From NCBI GenBank assembly GCA_963797915.1, contig CAWCRG010000017.1, forward strand, positions 299,074-363,073: 64,000 nt of DNA, written 5' to 3'. Of this stretch, positions 49,237-58,461 are shown in pieces. Below the pieces are notes generated by a model, which ran no database searches, was not told the DNA's origin, and saw only the letters and a program-made list of their open reading frames with translations. This DNA comes from Candidatus Sericytochromatia bacterium. GTDB lineage: Bacteria > Cyanobacteriota > Sericytochromatia > UBA7694. The translations under genes and the position numbers were made by a program. Numbering within the stretch: position 1 is the first letter of the stretch; every line of letters begins with the position of its first letter.

Positions 49237-49839
49237 ATGAATATTTATTCATTTAATATAATGTGTATGAAAAGCAAAGACCCCGAAAAAATTAAAGCGA
49301 TACATTGCGCCACCCTCAAGCTCGCCAGTGACAAAGGTCTCAGTGGCGTTACGATGTCAGGGGTGGCCAAAGCTTCAGGCATGGCTACCGGTACACTGTA
49401 TATTTATTTTGAGAGTAAAGCAGCACTGTTGAACCATTTGTATCAAACCTTGAAGCAGGAGCGAGACGTGTATCTGCAACCGCAATTTGTGGAAGGTCCG
49501 GTAAAAAAACGTCTGCAACTGCTGTTTAACGAATCCATCATTTATCGTTTTGTGAATTATGAAGCCGCGGCTTTTATGGAGCAGTTTTATTACACTGCCG
49601 ATTATGACGCTACCAGCCGCGCGCTTTCAGAACAAATTATGCAGGGTCTTTGGCGTCTGTTTGAGGTGGGCAAGCAAGAGGGTATTATTAAACCGCTGGA
49701 TAACCGGCTATTATTGACCCTGGTATCAGGCTTTATGAAAGAAATTGTGCTGCAATGTAAAGCCCAGGGCACAAATCCTGAAGCGGGCGATCTATTGAGT
49801 CAGAGCTTTGATCTATGCTGGGATGCTTTAAAGGCTTAA
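49237..49839 (+). CDS. TetR/AcrR family transcriptional regulator
   Basis: N-terminal HTH (SGVTMSGVAKASGMATGTLYIYFESKAALL); 200 aa. Confidence 0.7.
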   Translation: MNIYSFNIMCMKSKDPEKIKAIHCATLKLASDKGLSGVTMSGVAKASGMATGTLYIYFESKAALLNHLYQTLKQERDVYLQPQFVEGPVKKRLQLLFNESIIYRFVNYEAAAFMEQFYYTADYDATSRALSEQIMQGLWRLFEVGKQEGIIKPLDNRLLLTLVSGFMKEIVLQCKAQGTNPEAGDLLSQSFDLCWDALKA

Positions 49840-49902
49840 CAGGCCAATCAACGAAAAATTTTTAAATTAAAAATGAATATTTATTCATAAAAAAGAAGGT
49901 GT

Positions 49903-50718
49903 ATGATGACGAAGCGTATTTTAATTACCGGGGCCAGTTCAGGCATTGGCGAAGGCACAGCACATTATTTTGCAGCCCAGGGCTGGCAAGTGATAGCCAC
50001 CATGCGCAATCCAGAAGCGGAACCGTTTGATCACGAAAATATTCGCACACTGGCGCTCGATGTGACCGATAAAACGAGTATTCAAAATGCCGTGGCCTTT
50101 GTCAAAGCGGAGTACGGGGGATTAGACGTGGTTCTCAATAATGCAGGTTATGGTGCGGCAGGGCCTTTAGAAGCCGCTACAGACGCACAAATCAAGCGAC
50201 AGTTTGATGTAAATCTCTTTGGCGTGATTGATATAACGCGGGCTTTTCTGCCGATGTTTAGAGCCCAAAAGTCAGGCCTGTTCATTAACATTTCTTCGAT
50301 TGGGGGTTTAATTACGATGCCCATGTTTTCGCTTTATCATGCCACCAAATGGGGGATTGAAGGCTTTAGTGAGAGCTTACGCTATGAACTCAACGGCCTG
50401 GGGATTCAGGTGAAAATTGTGGAGCCGGGTGGTGTGAAAACGGATTTTTCAGGCCGCTCATTGGATATGTTTGATGTCGGTGAACACGCAGATTATCGAC
50501 CCTTTGTGGAGCGTATGCTCGCTAATTTTACACCCGATCGTCAGGCGGCTTACTCTACTGCTGAAGATATGGCCAAAGTGATTTTTACAGCGGCCACCGA
50601 CAACTCAGATCAAATGCGTTATGTGGCGGGTCCTGATGCCCAGGCCCTATGGGAGCGGCGTCAAGCTGTTCCTGTAGAGACCTTTATGAGCGAAATGCGC
50701 CACAATATGTTGGGTTAA
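49903..50718 (+). CDS. Short-chain dehydrogenase/reductase (SDR) family oxidoreductase
   Basis: TGASSGIG cofactor motif, NNAG, and catalytic YxxxK (YHATK). Confidence 0.8.
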   Translation: MMTKRILITGASSGIGEGTAHYFAAQGWQVIATMRNPEAEPFDHENIRTLALDVTDKTSIQNAVAFVKAEYGGLDVVLNNAGYGAAGPLEAATDAQIKRQFDVNLFGVIDITRAFLPMFRAQKSGLFINISSIGGLITMPMFSLYHATKWGIEGFSESLRYELNGLGIQVKIVEPGGVKTDFSGRSLDMFDVGEHADYRPFVERMLANFTPDRQAAYSTAEDMAKVIFTAATDNSDQMRYVAGPDAQALWERRQAVPVETFMSEMRHNMLG

Positions 50719-50802
50719 CGCTTAAAGGGAAAGCCGCTGGACTTGAGCAAATGCTCTGGAGTCTAGCGGCTTTGATGGGCTCATCTTAAAACGGTTAAGA
50801 TC

Positions 50803-51744
50803 TTAAAGGTGACGGCCCACAATGGCGATGACGGTCACTTTCACCTGATCGCGCATGTCTTCGTCGAGTACGGTGCCAAAAATAACGTTGGCATCGGGGT
50901 TGACCGTATTGTAAATGACTTCGGCGGCTTCGTTAATTTCATGGAGCGAAACATCCTGGCCGCTGGTGATGTTAAAGACCACACCGGTGGCGCCGTCAAT
51001 GGAGTATTCCAGCAGTGGGTTCTCGATGGCTTTTTTGACAGCGTCTACAGCGGGATTTTCCACGTCCATAGAGCTGACGCCCACACCCATGACACCCACA
51101 CCGGCGTCGCTCATAATGGCGCGCACATCAGCAAAATCGACGTTGATCAGGCCGGGGATGTTAATAATGTCAGAAATGCCCTGAATGGCGAGCAATAAAA
51201 CATTGTCGACTTCTTGAAACGCATTTTTGACGGCCAGGCCGCCTTTCATGCTCTGTAATAAGCGATCGTTAGATACCACAATCAGGGTATCTACAGCGTT
51301 CAGCATGCGTTGAATGCCAGCATCGGCCTGTTCTTTACGGCGCTTGCCTTCAAACATAAATGGGCGGGTCACAACGCCTACGGTCAGTGCGCCCATGGAC
51401 TTTGCCATTTCAGCGAGAGCCGGGCCTGCGCCGGTACCGGTACCACCACCCATACCGCAGGTGACAAAAACCATGTCGGTGTCTTGCAAGTAGTGGCTGA
51501 GTTCTTCGCGACTTTCTTCGAGGGCCTTCATGCCCACTTCGGGGTTTCCGCCGGCGCCGAGGCCGCGGGTGCTTTTGCCGCCAATTTGAATGCGTTCCTG
51601 AGCGTCGACCATTGAAAGGGCCTGGGCATCGGTGTTGACAGCAATAAACTCGACCCCTTCAAAGGCGGCAGCGCGCATATGATTAATCGTATTTCCGCCG
51701 CTGCCGCCAACGCCGAAAACTTTAATGCTAACCAGTGGTGTCAT
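50803..51744 (-). CDS. FtsZ paralog comprising only the core GTPase and C-terminal domains (no linker or C-terminal tail)
   Basis: FGVGGSGGN, tubulin signature [12 protein letters not shown] and T7 loop NVDFADV. 313 aa ending …VIAIVGRHL, with 85 bp to the next gene. Confidence 0.8.
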   Translation of the reverse strand: MTPLVSIKVFGVGGSGGNTINHMRAAAFEGVEFIAVNTDAQALSMVDAQERIQIGGKSTRGLGAGGNPEVGMKALEESREELSHYLQDTDMVFVTCGMGGGTGTGAGPALAEMAKSMGALTVGVVTRPFMFEGKRRKEQADAGIQRMLNAVDTLIVVSNDRLLQSMKGGLAVKNAFQEVDNVLLLAIQGISDIINIPGLINVDFADVRAIMSDAGVGVMGVGVSSMDVENPAVDAVKKAIENPLLEYSIDGATGVVFNITSGQDVSLHEINEAAEVIYNTVNPDANVIFGTVLDEDMRDQVKVTVIAIVGRHL

Positions 51745-51842
51745 GTAACTGATTCCTTATGTGTACAAAAATAGTTGAAAATATTTATTGGAAGTGTGAA
51801 ATAAATATATCGAGTGTCTCTTGCTCACAAGCATAGCACTCC

Positions 51843-53030
51843 TTAACGGGGTTGCTTGGTGTCCAATGCACAGTTCTCACCATTCCACTCGATATCCAGA
51901 GTGCTGGCAGAAAGCAGGTCAGTACCTGCTTTTTTGGCTCGCTGCAGGGTGCGAAAAAGCATGCCAAACTGTTGCCAGAAGGGGCCAGGGTCTTGCCATT
52001 TCATGAGGGGATCCCGCGCTCGCCAGAGGTCCTTTAAAATGCGGGGGGTGTGTAAGAGATCTTGTGGAATGGCGTAGCCTATCATGGCAATACTCAGGGC
52101 CACCGGTTGTCGAGCCAGGGGACGCACCGTGCGGCTTGCGGTTTGCGGCAAAAAGGCCCGTGGTAGTTCATCTTCTTTTTCAAACAAAAAAGTGCCGGTG
52201 GTGGTGCGTGGGTTGCACTCAATGGCGTAATACAGGCCCTTATACAAAATAAAGTCAAAGGAAATTTGACCCGTATAGCCAAAATAGTGCACAATGGCGC
52301 GCACAATATGCTCAATTTCGGGAATATCGACGGATTCAAAGTAAATGGTGGCTCCAGGCCCCGCAGTGTAGACGGTGGGATACACGCTGTGGGCCGTCAG
52401 CTCGCCGTTACGCGCCACGCTATAAGAGCAAAACTGAGGGCCGTCCAAATACTCTTGTAAGACCCAGGGGCTTTGGGGTGTGGGCTGAATATTTTGGTAC
52501 ACCTTATGCATGGGGGCATTAATATACACCGCACTGGCAAAACGAGAAAACTCGGCTTTGAGTACATATTGGCCCCATTCCGGTAAACGGGTTTTGAGTT
52601 GGTCTCGGTTACCAATGCGCTCGGTGGCGGGAGCCGGTAGCTTGAGCCGTTGCAAGAGTTGGTTGAAGCGGTATTTGCTGTGCAGTTCATGGAGACAGGC
52701 CATGTCGGCGGTAAACACTTCACAGCCTTTGCCCGTGCCTTCTAAGGTTTCGCGATGCTGGGCAATATAAAAGGTTTCTTCGCAGGTGGGAATGAGGAGA
52801 TCAATCTCGCGATCCACAATAATTTCTTGTAAAGCCCGAATATAGGCGGCGGTGTGTTGGCGCGGGGCGGGTACGGTAAAGTTTTTAGCGCAGGCCCGCG
52901 AAGCCCCGGCGAGGTTAGGCTGAAGGCTTTCGGCCACATCACAGCGGTGTCCCGCTTCGGCAAAGCGACGAATCAACGCTAAAGTGGCCGGACTGCGCCC
53001 GCCGGTAAACAAAATCTTGTGTGACGGCAT
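51843..53030 (-). CDS. ATP-grasp domain protein (carboxylate-amine ligase-like)
   Basis: 395 aa with ATP-grasp-like central and C-terminal segments (…LQEYLDGPQFCSYSV… ISFDFIL…ECNPR). Confidence 0.5.
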   Translation of the reverse strand: MPSHKILFTGGRSPATLALIRRFAEAGHRCDVAESLQPNLAGASRACAKNFTVPAPRQHTAAYIRALQEIIVDREIDLLIPTCEETFYIAQHRETLEGTGKGCEVFTADMACLHELHSKYRFNQLLQRLKLPAPATERIGNRDQLKTRLPEWGQYVLKAEFSRFASAVYINAPMHKVYQNIQPTPQSPWVLQEYLDGPQFCSYSVARNGELTAHSVYPTVYTAGPGATIYFESVDIPEIEHIVRAIVHYFGYTGQISFDFILYKGLYYAIECNPRTTTGTFLFEKEDELPRAFLPQTASRTVRPLARQPVALSIAMIGYAIPQDLLHTPRILKDLWRARDPLMKWQDPGPFWQQFGMLFRTLQRAKKAGTDLLSASTLDIEWNGENCALDTKQPR

Positions 53031-54073
53031 CAGTACACCAGCACCAGCCCACCCAGCGAGAGCCCGGCACCGGTGCCCAATAAACAGACCCGATCCCCAC
53101 GGGCAATGCGGTTTTGGCTGATGGCGTCATAGAGCGCCATGGGAATGGAGGCGGCAATGCAATTGCCGTGGGTGGCCAGATGATCAATATATTGGTCTTC
53201 GCGCCAGCGAAACAAACGGCGGGCGGTCTCAATGGCTCCTTTGCTGGCCTGATGGGGCACAATAAACTCACAGTCTCTGAGTCCAAAGCCTAAAGGTTTA
53301 AACAGCGTTTTTAAGAACGGCCGCAATTTTTTAAAGGCCATGCCAAGCACTTTGGGCCCATCCATGTGAAAGGTAAAGTCTGTGGGGTTGGCGCCGGCGG
53401 TGGCGATGGCGTTGGGGTGGAGGACGTTACCGCCCCCTTTGACGTAGGTGTACATTGCGCCGTCGCCATAGGTTTCTAAGCGACTCTGCAACAGCGCGCT
53501 GGATTCGCCCTCGGGAGCGATACCCACAATGGCCGCTGCTGCCCCATCGCCGAGCAGGGTGGCACTCTCTTTTTCTGCTGGATTTAACGACCGGGAGGAA
53601 ATTTCGGCAGAGACAATGGCAATGCGCCGATAACGACCCGAAGCCAGAAAGCTGGCCGCCACTTCTAAAGCGGCAATAAAGCTCAGGCAGGTGGCATCGA
53701 CGGTAAAGCTGGGAGTCCCCGAGTTTCCTTTGCCCATGGCCCGTTGAATCAAGCAGGAGGTGTCTGGAATGGGGTAGTCATAAGAGCCAGAGGCGTTAAT
53801 AATCAGGTCGAGTTCTTCGTAAGCTAAACCCGCATTTTGAAGGGCTTCGGTCAGGGCCTGGGCACCGAGATCGGCGTTGCTTTCGTATTCAGCCCAGTGG
53901 CGAACTTCAACCCCCGACTTTTGTAAAATCCAGCCGGGCTTTAGGCCCATCTGGGTCTCCAGGGTCGAAGAATGCACGGTGCGTGGCGGCAGGTACTTAC
54001 CCATGCCAAGAATCTTGAGGGGAATGGACGGTTGCTCGTGGGGGGGCTGTATGCTCATCGTACGCTCAGTCAT
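53030..54073 (-). CDS. 3-oxoacyl-ACP synthase III (FabH-like KAS III)
   Basis: Catalytic Cys (DATCLSFIAAL), His (VPHQAS) and Asn (HGNCIAASIP) triad at the canonical spacing. Confidence 0.75.
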   Translation of the reverse strand: MTERTMSIQPPHEQPSIPLKILGMGKYLPPRTVHSSTLETQMGLKPGWILQKSGVEVRHWAEYESNADLGAQALTEALQNAGLAYEELDLIINASGSYDYPIPDTSCLIQRAMGKGNSGTPSFTVDATCLSFIAALEVAASFLASGRYRRIAIVSAEISSRSLNPAEKESATLLGDGAAAAIVGIAPEGESSALLQSRLETYGDGAMYTYVKGGGNVLHPNAIATAGANPTDFTFHMDGPKVLGMAFKKLRPFLKTLFKPLGFGLRDCEFIVPHQASKGAIETARRLFRWREDQYIDHLATHGNCIAASIPMALYDAISQNRIARGDRVCLLGTGAGLSLGGLVLVY

Positions 54074-55704
54074 TACTTTAGGCGATATACGCTGTAATCA
54101 ATATCAGGGAAGATATTGTCTAAATACTCTACTTTGCCCAACCATTCGGGGTCGATTTCATTGCGGTAAATCCCCTGATAGAGTTGGTTAAAGCGGTGCA
54201 GGTGGGTTTTTACCCGCTTCACCGCATACTCCACCATGGTTCCCGTTTTCATAATAAACGGCCAATCGGAGCTCTGGGCCAGCAAGAGCTCACGGGCGGC
54301 CTGGTTAAGGGCGCGCTCAGTCTTGCCTTCGGTCACCGGGAAGCGGTAGGCCAGTTCGATCATGCGCTCGGTGGCCTTGTGCAGGTGGCGGTAAATTTTG
54401 TCGTTGGTTTCATTGAGCCAGAAGCTATTATACCCGTTGGCTCCCCAGCTCGATGGCGAAGGTTCTGCCATTTGTTGGGTGGGGTTATTGAGTAAATACT
54501 CGTAGGGCGTGGTCATTTTGTAGGTGGACTGGTTATGGGCGGCTTTGCGCATGACCAAATTGAGCCATTCGGGGCCTTCAAACCACCAGTGACCGTAGAG
54601 TTCTGCATCGTAGGGAGACAGTACCAGCGGTTTGTGTCCGTTGAAGACGTGGGCTAAATTGGTGATCTGCTCGGCCCGGCTACGAACAAAATGGTTGGCG
54701 TGGATATCGCTTTTTTGGCGCGCCATTTCGAGATTGTAGGGCTGCTTCTCGGCGGTTTTGCCCGTGATGCGGTAATACTTAATGCCGGTGTTTTTGCGGG
54801 TGCCGTCGGGCTGGACATAATCTTTAATATAGTCAAAGTCAAGATCGTAGCCTATGTCGCGGTAATACTCTCTAAAGTAATGATCGCCAGGGTAGCCTAT
54901 TTCTGAACTCCACACCTGCTCTGAGGACTCACGGTCTCGGCAAAAAACAGCCACACCGGTATCGGGGCAAAAAATGGGGGCGTAAGCGCCGTAGCGAGAG
55001 CGGGGCGTTGAGTTGACCACGCCGTGGGTGTCGGTAAAAAAGAATTCAATGCCCGCCGCTTTAATAAAGCGATCGGCACCGGGGTAAAAGCCGCACTCCG
55101 CCAGCCAAATGCCCCGTGGGCTGCGGTCAAAGTGCTTTGTATAACTCTGGGCCGCCACCTCAATTTGGGCCTGCACGGCCTCAGGGTACATTTGAAACAG
55201 CGGTAAAAAGCCGTGGGTGGCACAGCAGGTGACAATTTCAAGACAGCCGTAATCCTGAAATTTTTTGAAACCGTTGACCAAGTTGCGGTGATAGGTATCG
55301 TTAAACAGGGTATAGGTGGCCTTAAAGCGGTCGGCGTAATACAGCGCCAGCGGGTGAAACTGGCTATCCCCTCGGGTACGCACCACTTCTTTTTCGGCCA
55401 GCTCCACCAGACGGCCAATGTATACGAGGTAGCGATCCTGAAGCAAAGGATCCGCCAGCATGGCCAGCAGTGACGGGGTCATGGTCATGGTTAAGCGAAA
55501 ATCAATGCCGTCTTTGACCAGGTTTTCAAACATCACCAATAAAGGCACGTAGGTTTCGGTAATGGCCTCATAAAGCCAGTGTTCTTCGAGAAAGTAGTCA
55601 TACTCCGGGTGGCGTACATAGGGCAGATGGGCGTGAAGCACCATGGCGTGATAGCCAATGGGATCAATCTCTAAAGCGGGGGATTCAAAGCTTTTCTGTA
55701 TCAT
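54073..55704 (-). CDS. Glycoside hydrolase family 57 protein (alpha-glucan branching enzyme/amylopullulanase-like)
   Basis: N-terminal GYHAMVLHAHLPYVRHP (GH57 HxHxPY region) and a conserved C-terminal helical domain. The likely start at 55704 overlaps the upstream stop (ATGA); the ORF extends further, to 55857. Confidence 0.65.
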   Translation of the reverse strand: MIQKSFESPALEIDPIGYHAMVLHAHLPYVRHPEYDYFLEEHWLYEAITETYVPLLVMFENLVKDGIDFRLTMTMTPSLLAMLADPLLQDRYLVYIGRLVELAEKEVVRTRGDSQFHPLALYYADRFKATYTLFNDTYHRNLVNGFKKFQDYGCLEIVTCCATHGFLPLFQMYPEAVQAQIEVAAQSYTKHFDRSPRGIWLAECGFYPGADRFIKAAGIEFFFTDTHGVVNSTPRSRYGAYAPIFCPDTGVAVFCRDRESSEQVWSSEIGYPGDHYFREYYRDIGYDLDFDYIKDYVQPDGTRKNTGIKYYRITGKTAEKQPYNLEMARQKSDIHANHFVRSRAEQITNLAHVFNGHKPLVLSPYDAELYGHWWFEGPEWLNLVMRKAAHNQSTYKMTTPYEYLLNNPTQQMAEPSPSSWGANGYNSFWLNETNDKIYRHLHKATERMIELAYRFPVTEGKTERALNQAARELLLAQSSDWPFIMKTGTMVEYAVKRVKTHLHRFNQLYQGIYRNEIDPEWLGKVEYLDNIFPDIDYSVYRLK

Positions 55705-57413
55705 GAGCGGAAAACCCCACTTCCTGAGGCCAGAGAGAGGGCCGCGTTGGCTGTGGGGGCTGGAGGCCAGCTTTCCCAGGGGTGAACATGCTGCTGACGC
55801 TGGGGCTGCAAGCTGCCCGACCAGTAGTGTTCTGAGGCACCCTGAGGCCGTAGCCAATGTATTTGTTCACTGCCACCGGGCTGGGTTTGCCAGCGCACCA
55901 TGCGCTCGCTACCGGCCTGTCTAAACCAGCTAAACAGACTTGCACCCAGAAATTTCTGAAGCATGGCGTCACTGGCACCTAAGGGCAGGTACTCTGTGAT
56001 TTCCCAGGGCCAAATGGCATAAGAGATCATCAGGGCCTGATCGTAAGGGTCGGTAATCCATTGCTCAAACATCATGGGCAAGGCATCGGTGGGGAAATCA
56101 CTAAACCAGCGCACATCGTAAGGTAAGCCGAGCCAGTTTTTGATCTCACGGCCTCCGGCTTCGCTGAGCCAGCTTTCGGTTTCTTGCTGATTAAAGCCTC
56201 GGGTGCTCTGATCGCCCTGGGCGTTGACGGTTGCGGGTCTTTCGAACGTCATGGCTTCAGTGCGAGGTGCCTCAGGCTGCTTTAAGAAGACGGCACGGCT
56301 GGGGGCCGGTCTCCAGTTGACCGCTGGAGGCGTGGTGTGTGTGTGTTGCTCTGGCGCAGGGGCTGTGGGGGGCTCCGGTACAAAGGCCCGCGGAGCGGCT
56401 CTTGCTATGGCGGGTGTTGCCACGGGACTTGCCGGTGGCGTGGGGTTAAACTGGATGGATGTGGGCTGATAGGTTTCAAAAAATGCGCCCACCAGAGACT
56501 CGGCAGCTGCGTTCTCGCGGTCCCCAGCGGGTAGGGTGAGTGGGCGATGGGTGTCTTCTAGCAGGCGATCGGTGGCCACCGGACGGGAGGGCACAAACTG
56601 GGCGAATTTGTCTTGACGAATGGGGGAAACGGTGGCGGGTGGAATATAGACGGTGTTGGAGCGGAGCAAGACCTCAAAGCCCTTTGCATGGCGATACCCC
56701 AGCTCAATGCAAAGATTGCGGTCGTGCTGTTGGGTGTTGAGATACCATTCCTTAATGAGGGGGTTACAGGGCTCAAGGGTGGTGGAATGGGCGTTGCTGC
56801 CGTTATACACAATGCCGGTGACGTCAGAGACCCTGAGCATAAACACATCGGGGGCCTGGGCCAAAACGCCTTCGACCTCAACCTGACGGGCGGTGTCAAA
56901 ATCCCAGTAGACATAAAAACGGTACGGGTCAATGGGCAGGGCCACCAGCTCGTTTTCGGCGTAGTAGTCGGGTAGCTCGATCTCTTCGTCTTTTTCTAAG
57001 ATAAAGTCTTCGTGGGTGCCTTTGTGTACAAACCGGGAGGGGCTAAATAAATAGCGGAGTCGGTGTTCTTCAATGGCTTTGCGCTCGGCGGCCTGACGGT
57101 CTTCTACGGCCTCTTCGAGGGCGCGAAGGTTTTTAACCGGCGGGGTAACGGGTGGGGTGACGGGTCTCTCTGGTGTCACAGTAAGCGTAGGCGCTGCACT
57201 TTTGGGAGTGGGTTCAGCCGTGAATTGATTCACCAGGCGTTGAATTTCGGCCTGGGTATTTTCGGGGTGACGCTGGGTACAATCGCGCGTAATGCCACGG
57301 CGCAGTTTGGAGGGGGATTTGCGGTAATAGTGCTTGATTTTAAGGTGACGTGCAATTTGGCGCAGCACCCGACTGCTAAGGGCACGCAATGGATCTTTTG
57401 GTGGGGTGCTCAT
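55701..57413 (-). CDS. DUF4912-like protein with Pro-rich linker regions
   Basis: LPIDPYRFYVYWDF segment typical of DUF4912, which is often adjacent to GH57 genes. A long Pro/Thr/Ala-rich low-complexity region follows. Confidence 0.45.
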   Translation of the reverse strand: MSTPPKDPLRALSSRVLRQIARHLKIKHYYRKSPSKLRRGITRDCTQRHPENTQAEIQRLVNQFTAEPTPKSAAPTLTVTPERPVTPPVTPPVKNLRALEEAVEDRQAAERKAIEEHRLRYLFSPSRFVHKGTHEDFILEKDEEIELPDYYAENELVALPIDPYRFYVYWDFDTARQVEVEGVLAQAPDVFMLRVSDVTGIVYNGSNAHSTTLEPCNPLIKEWYLNTQQHDRNLCIELGYRHAKGFEVLLRSNTVYIPPATVSPIRQDKFAQFVPSRPVATDRLLEDTHRPLTLPAGDRENAAAESLVGAFFETYQPTSIQFNPTPPASPVATPAIARAAPRAFVPEPPTAPAPEQHTHTTPPAVNWRPAPSRAVFLKQPEAPRTEAMTFERPATVNAQGDQSTRGFNQQETESWLSEAGGREIKNWLGLPYDVRWFSDFPTDALPMMFEQWITDPYDQALMISYAIWPWEITEYLPLGASDAMLQKFLGASLFSWFRQAGSERMVRWQTQPGGSEQIHWLRPQGASEHYWSGSLQPQRQQHVHPWESWPPAPTANAALSLASGSGVFRS

Positions 57414-57577
57414 GGAAATGATCTCCTCTTATTTTGAGCCTTATGCTGATAGGTATTGTAACGCATTTATGTGTGTTTTCCCCCGAGAAGTACTGAGACA
57501 AAAAAAAGAACATATGCGACAATACGCTTAACGCCTTTTGAAATCAGTACGTGTACCGAAGGGGAATTTAAAACATC

Positions 57578-58348
57578 ATGTGTTTAGTCGTCTGGGGATG
57601 GAAAGTCCATCCTGAATATCCGCTTATTTTTATCGCCAATCGCGATGAAGCTTATCAACGTGAAACGCAACCCCTGGCTCCCTGGAATACCCAACCCGAG
57701 ATTTATGCAGGGCAAGACAAAGTCGCTGGCGGCACCTGGGCGGGCATGGCGCGCTCGGGGCACTTTGCCGCCGTCACGAATGTGCGTAGCACCACCGAAG
57801 TCAATCTTCCAGAAGATCCACAGCGGCTGAGTCGCGGCATGTTGGTGCGTCAGTTTTTAGAGAGTCGGCAAGATCCCCTCACCTATATCGCCAAAGCCGA
57901 AAACGAGAAACATCGCTACGCTGGCTTTAATCTATTGGTGGGCGATATGCAGCAGCTCATGTATTACTCCAACCACAGCGAGCGCCCGCGCTCTTTGCGT
58001 CGCGGCATTTATGCACTGAGCAATGGGGTATTGAGTGATTCCTGGCCCAAAGCCGAAGAAAGCAAGGTGGCCTTTACCCGTGCTGTCTCTTGCCGCACCC
58101 CGTTTTTTGACGACCTTTTTGCCATCATGCAAAATGAGCGCACCTATCCGACCCATATGCTGCCGAGCACCGGCCTGGCCCCTGAGGTCGAAACCGCATT
58201 GTCAGCGGCCTTTGTTAAAACGCCAAACTACGGTACCCGTTCTACCCTGCTCATGGTGGTCAACCATAAGCAAGAAGTGACGATCGAAGAGCGGGTGTAC
58301 GATGCCGGAGCCGAAGGTCAACAGAGCTATTCTTTTAGTCTGAATTAA
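57578..58348 (+). CDS. NRDE/TANGO2 family protein
   Basis: N-terminal MCLVVWG… and IANRDE motif that names the family (PF05742). Confidence 0.7.
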   Translation: MCLVVWGWKVHPEYPLIFIANRDEAYQRETQPLAPWNTQPEIYAGQDKVAGGTWAGMARSGHFAAVTNVRSTTEVNLPEDPQRLSRGMLVRQFLESRQDPLTYIAKAENEKHRYAGFNLLVGDMQQLMYYSNHSERPRSLRRGIYALSNGVLSDSWPKAEESKVAFTRAVSCRTPFFDDLFAIMQNERTYPTHMLPSTGLAPEVETALSAAFVKTPNYGTRSTLLMVVNHKQEVTIEERVYDAGAEGQQSYSFSLN

Positions 58349-58385
58349 TCCCCTTTTCTAATTAATCTAAATTTAACTAGAAAAT

Positions 58386-58436
58386 GAAAGATCGTAATGT
58401 TATGATTATCGATAATCTGAGTCATTACGATCTTTA
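58386..58436. promoter_or_regulatory. Nested perfect palindromes upstream of the large lipoprotein gene (terminator and/or operator)
   Basis: 13-bp arms aaagatcgtaatg / cattacgatcttt enclose a 14-bp perfect palindrome gattatcgataatc. Located 25 bp upstream of the 58462 start. Confidence 0.4.
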
Positions 58437-58461
58437 CACGTTTTTCTAAGGGGTATTTATT

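Noticed and set aside
55658-57437. Multiple + strand ORFs (56224..56469, 56613..56975, 57063..57437 and others) opposite the DUF4912 gene
   Set aside because: They sit in a GC- and proline-rich region where stop-free antisense frames are expected. No motifs or RBS were found.
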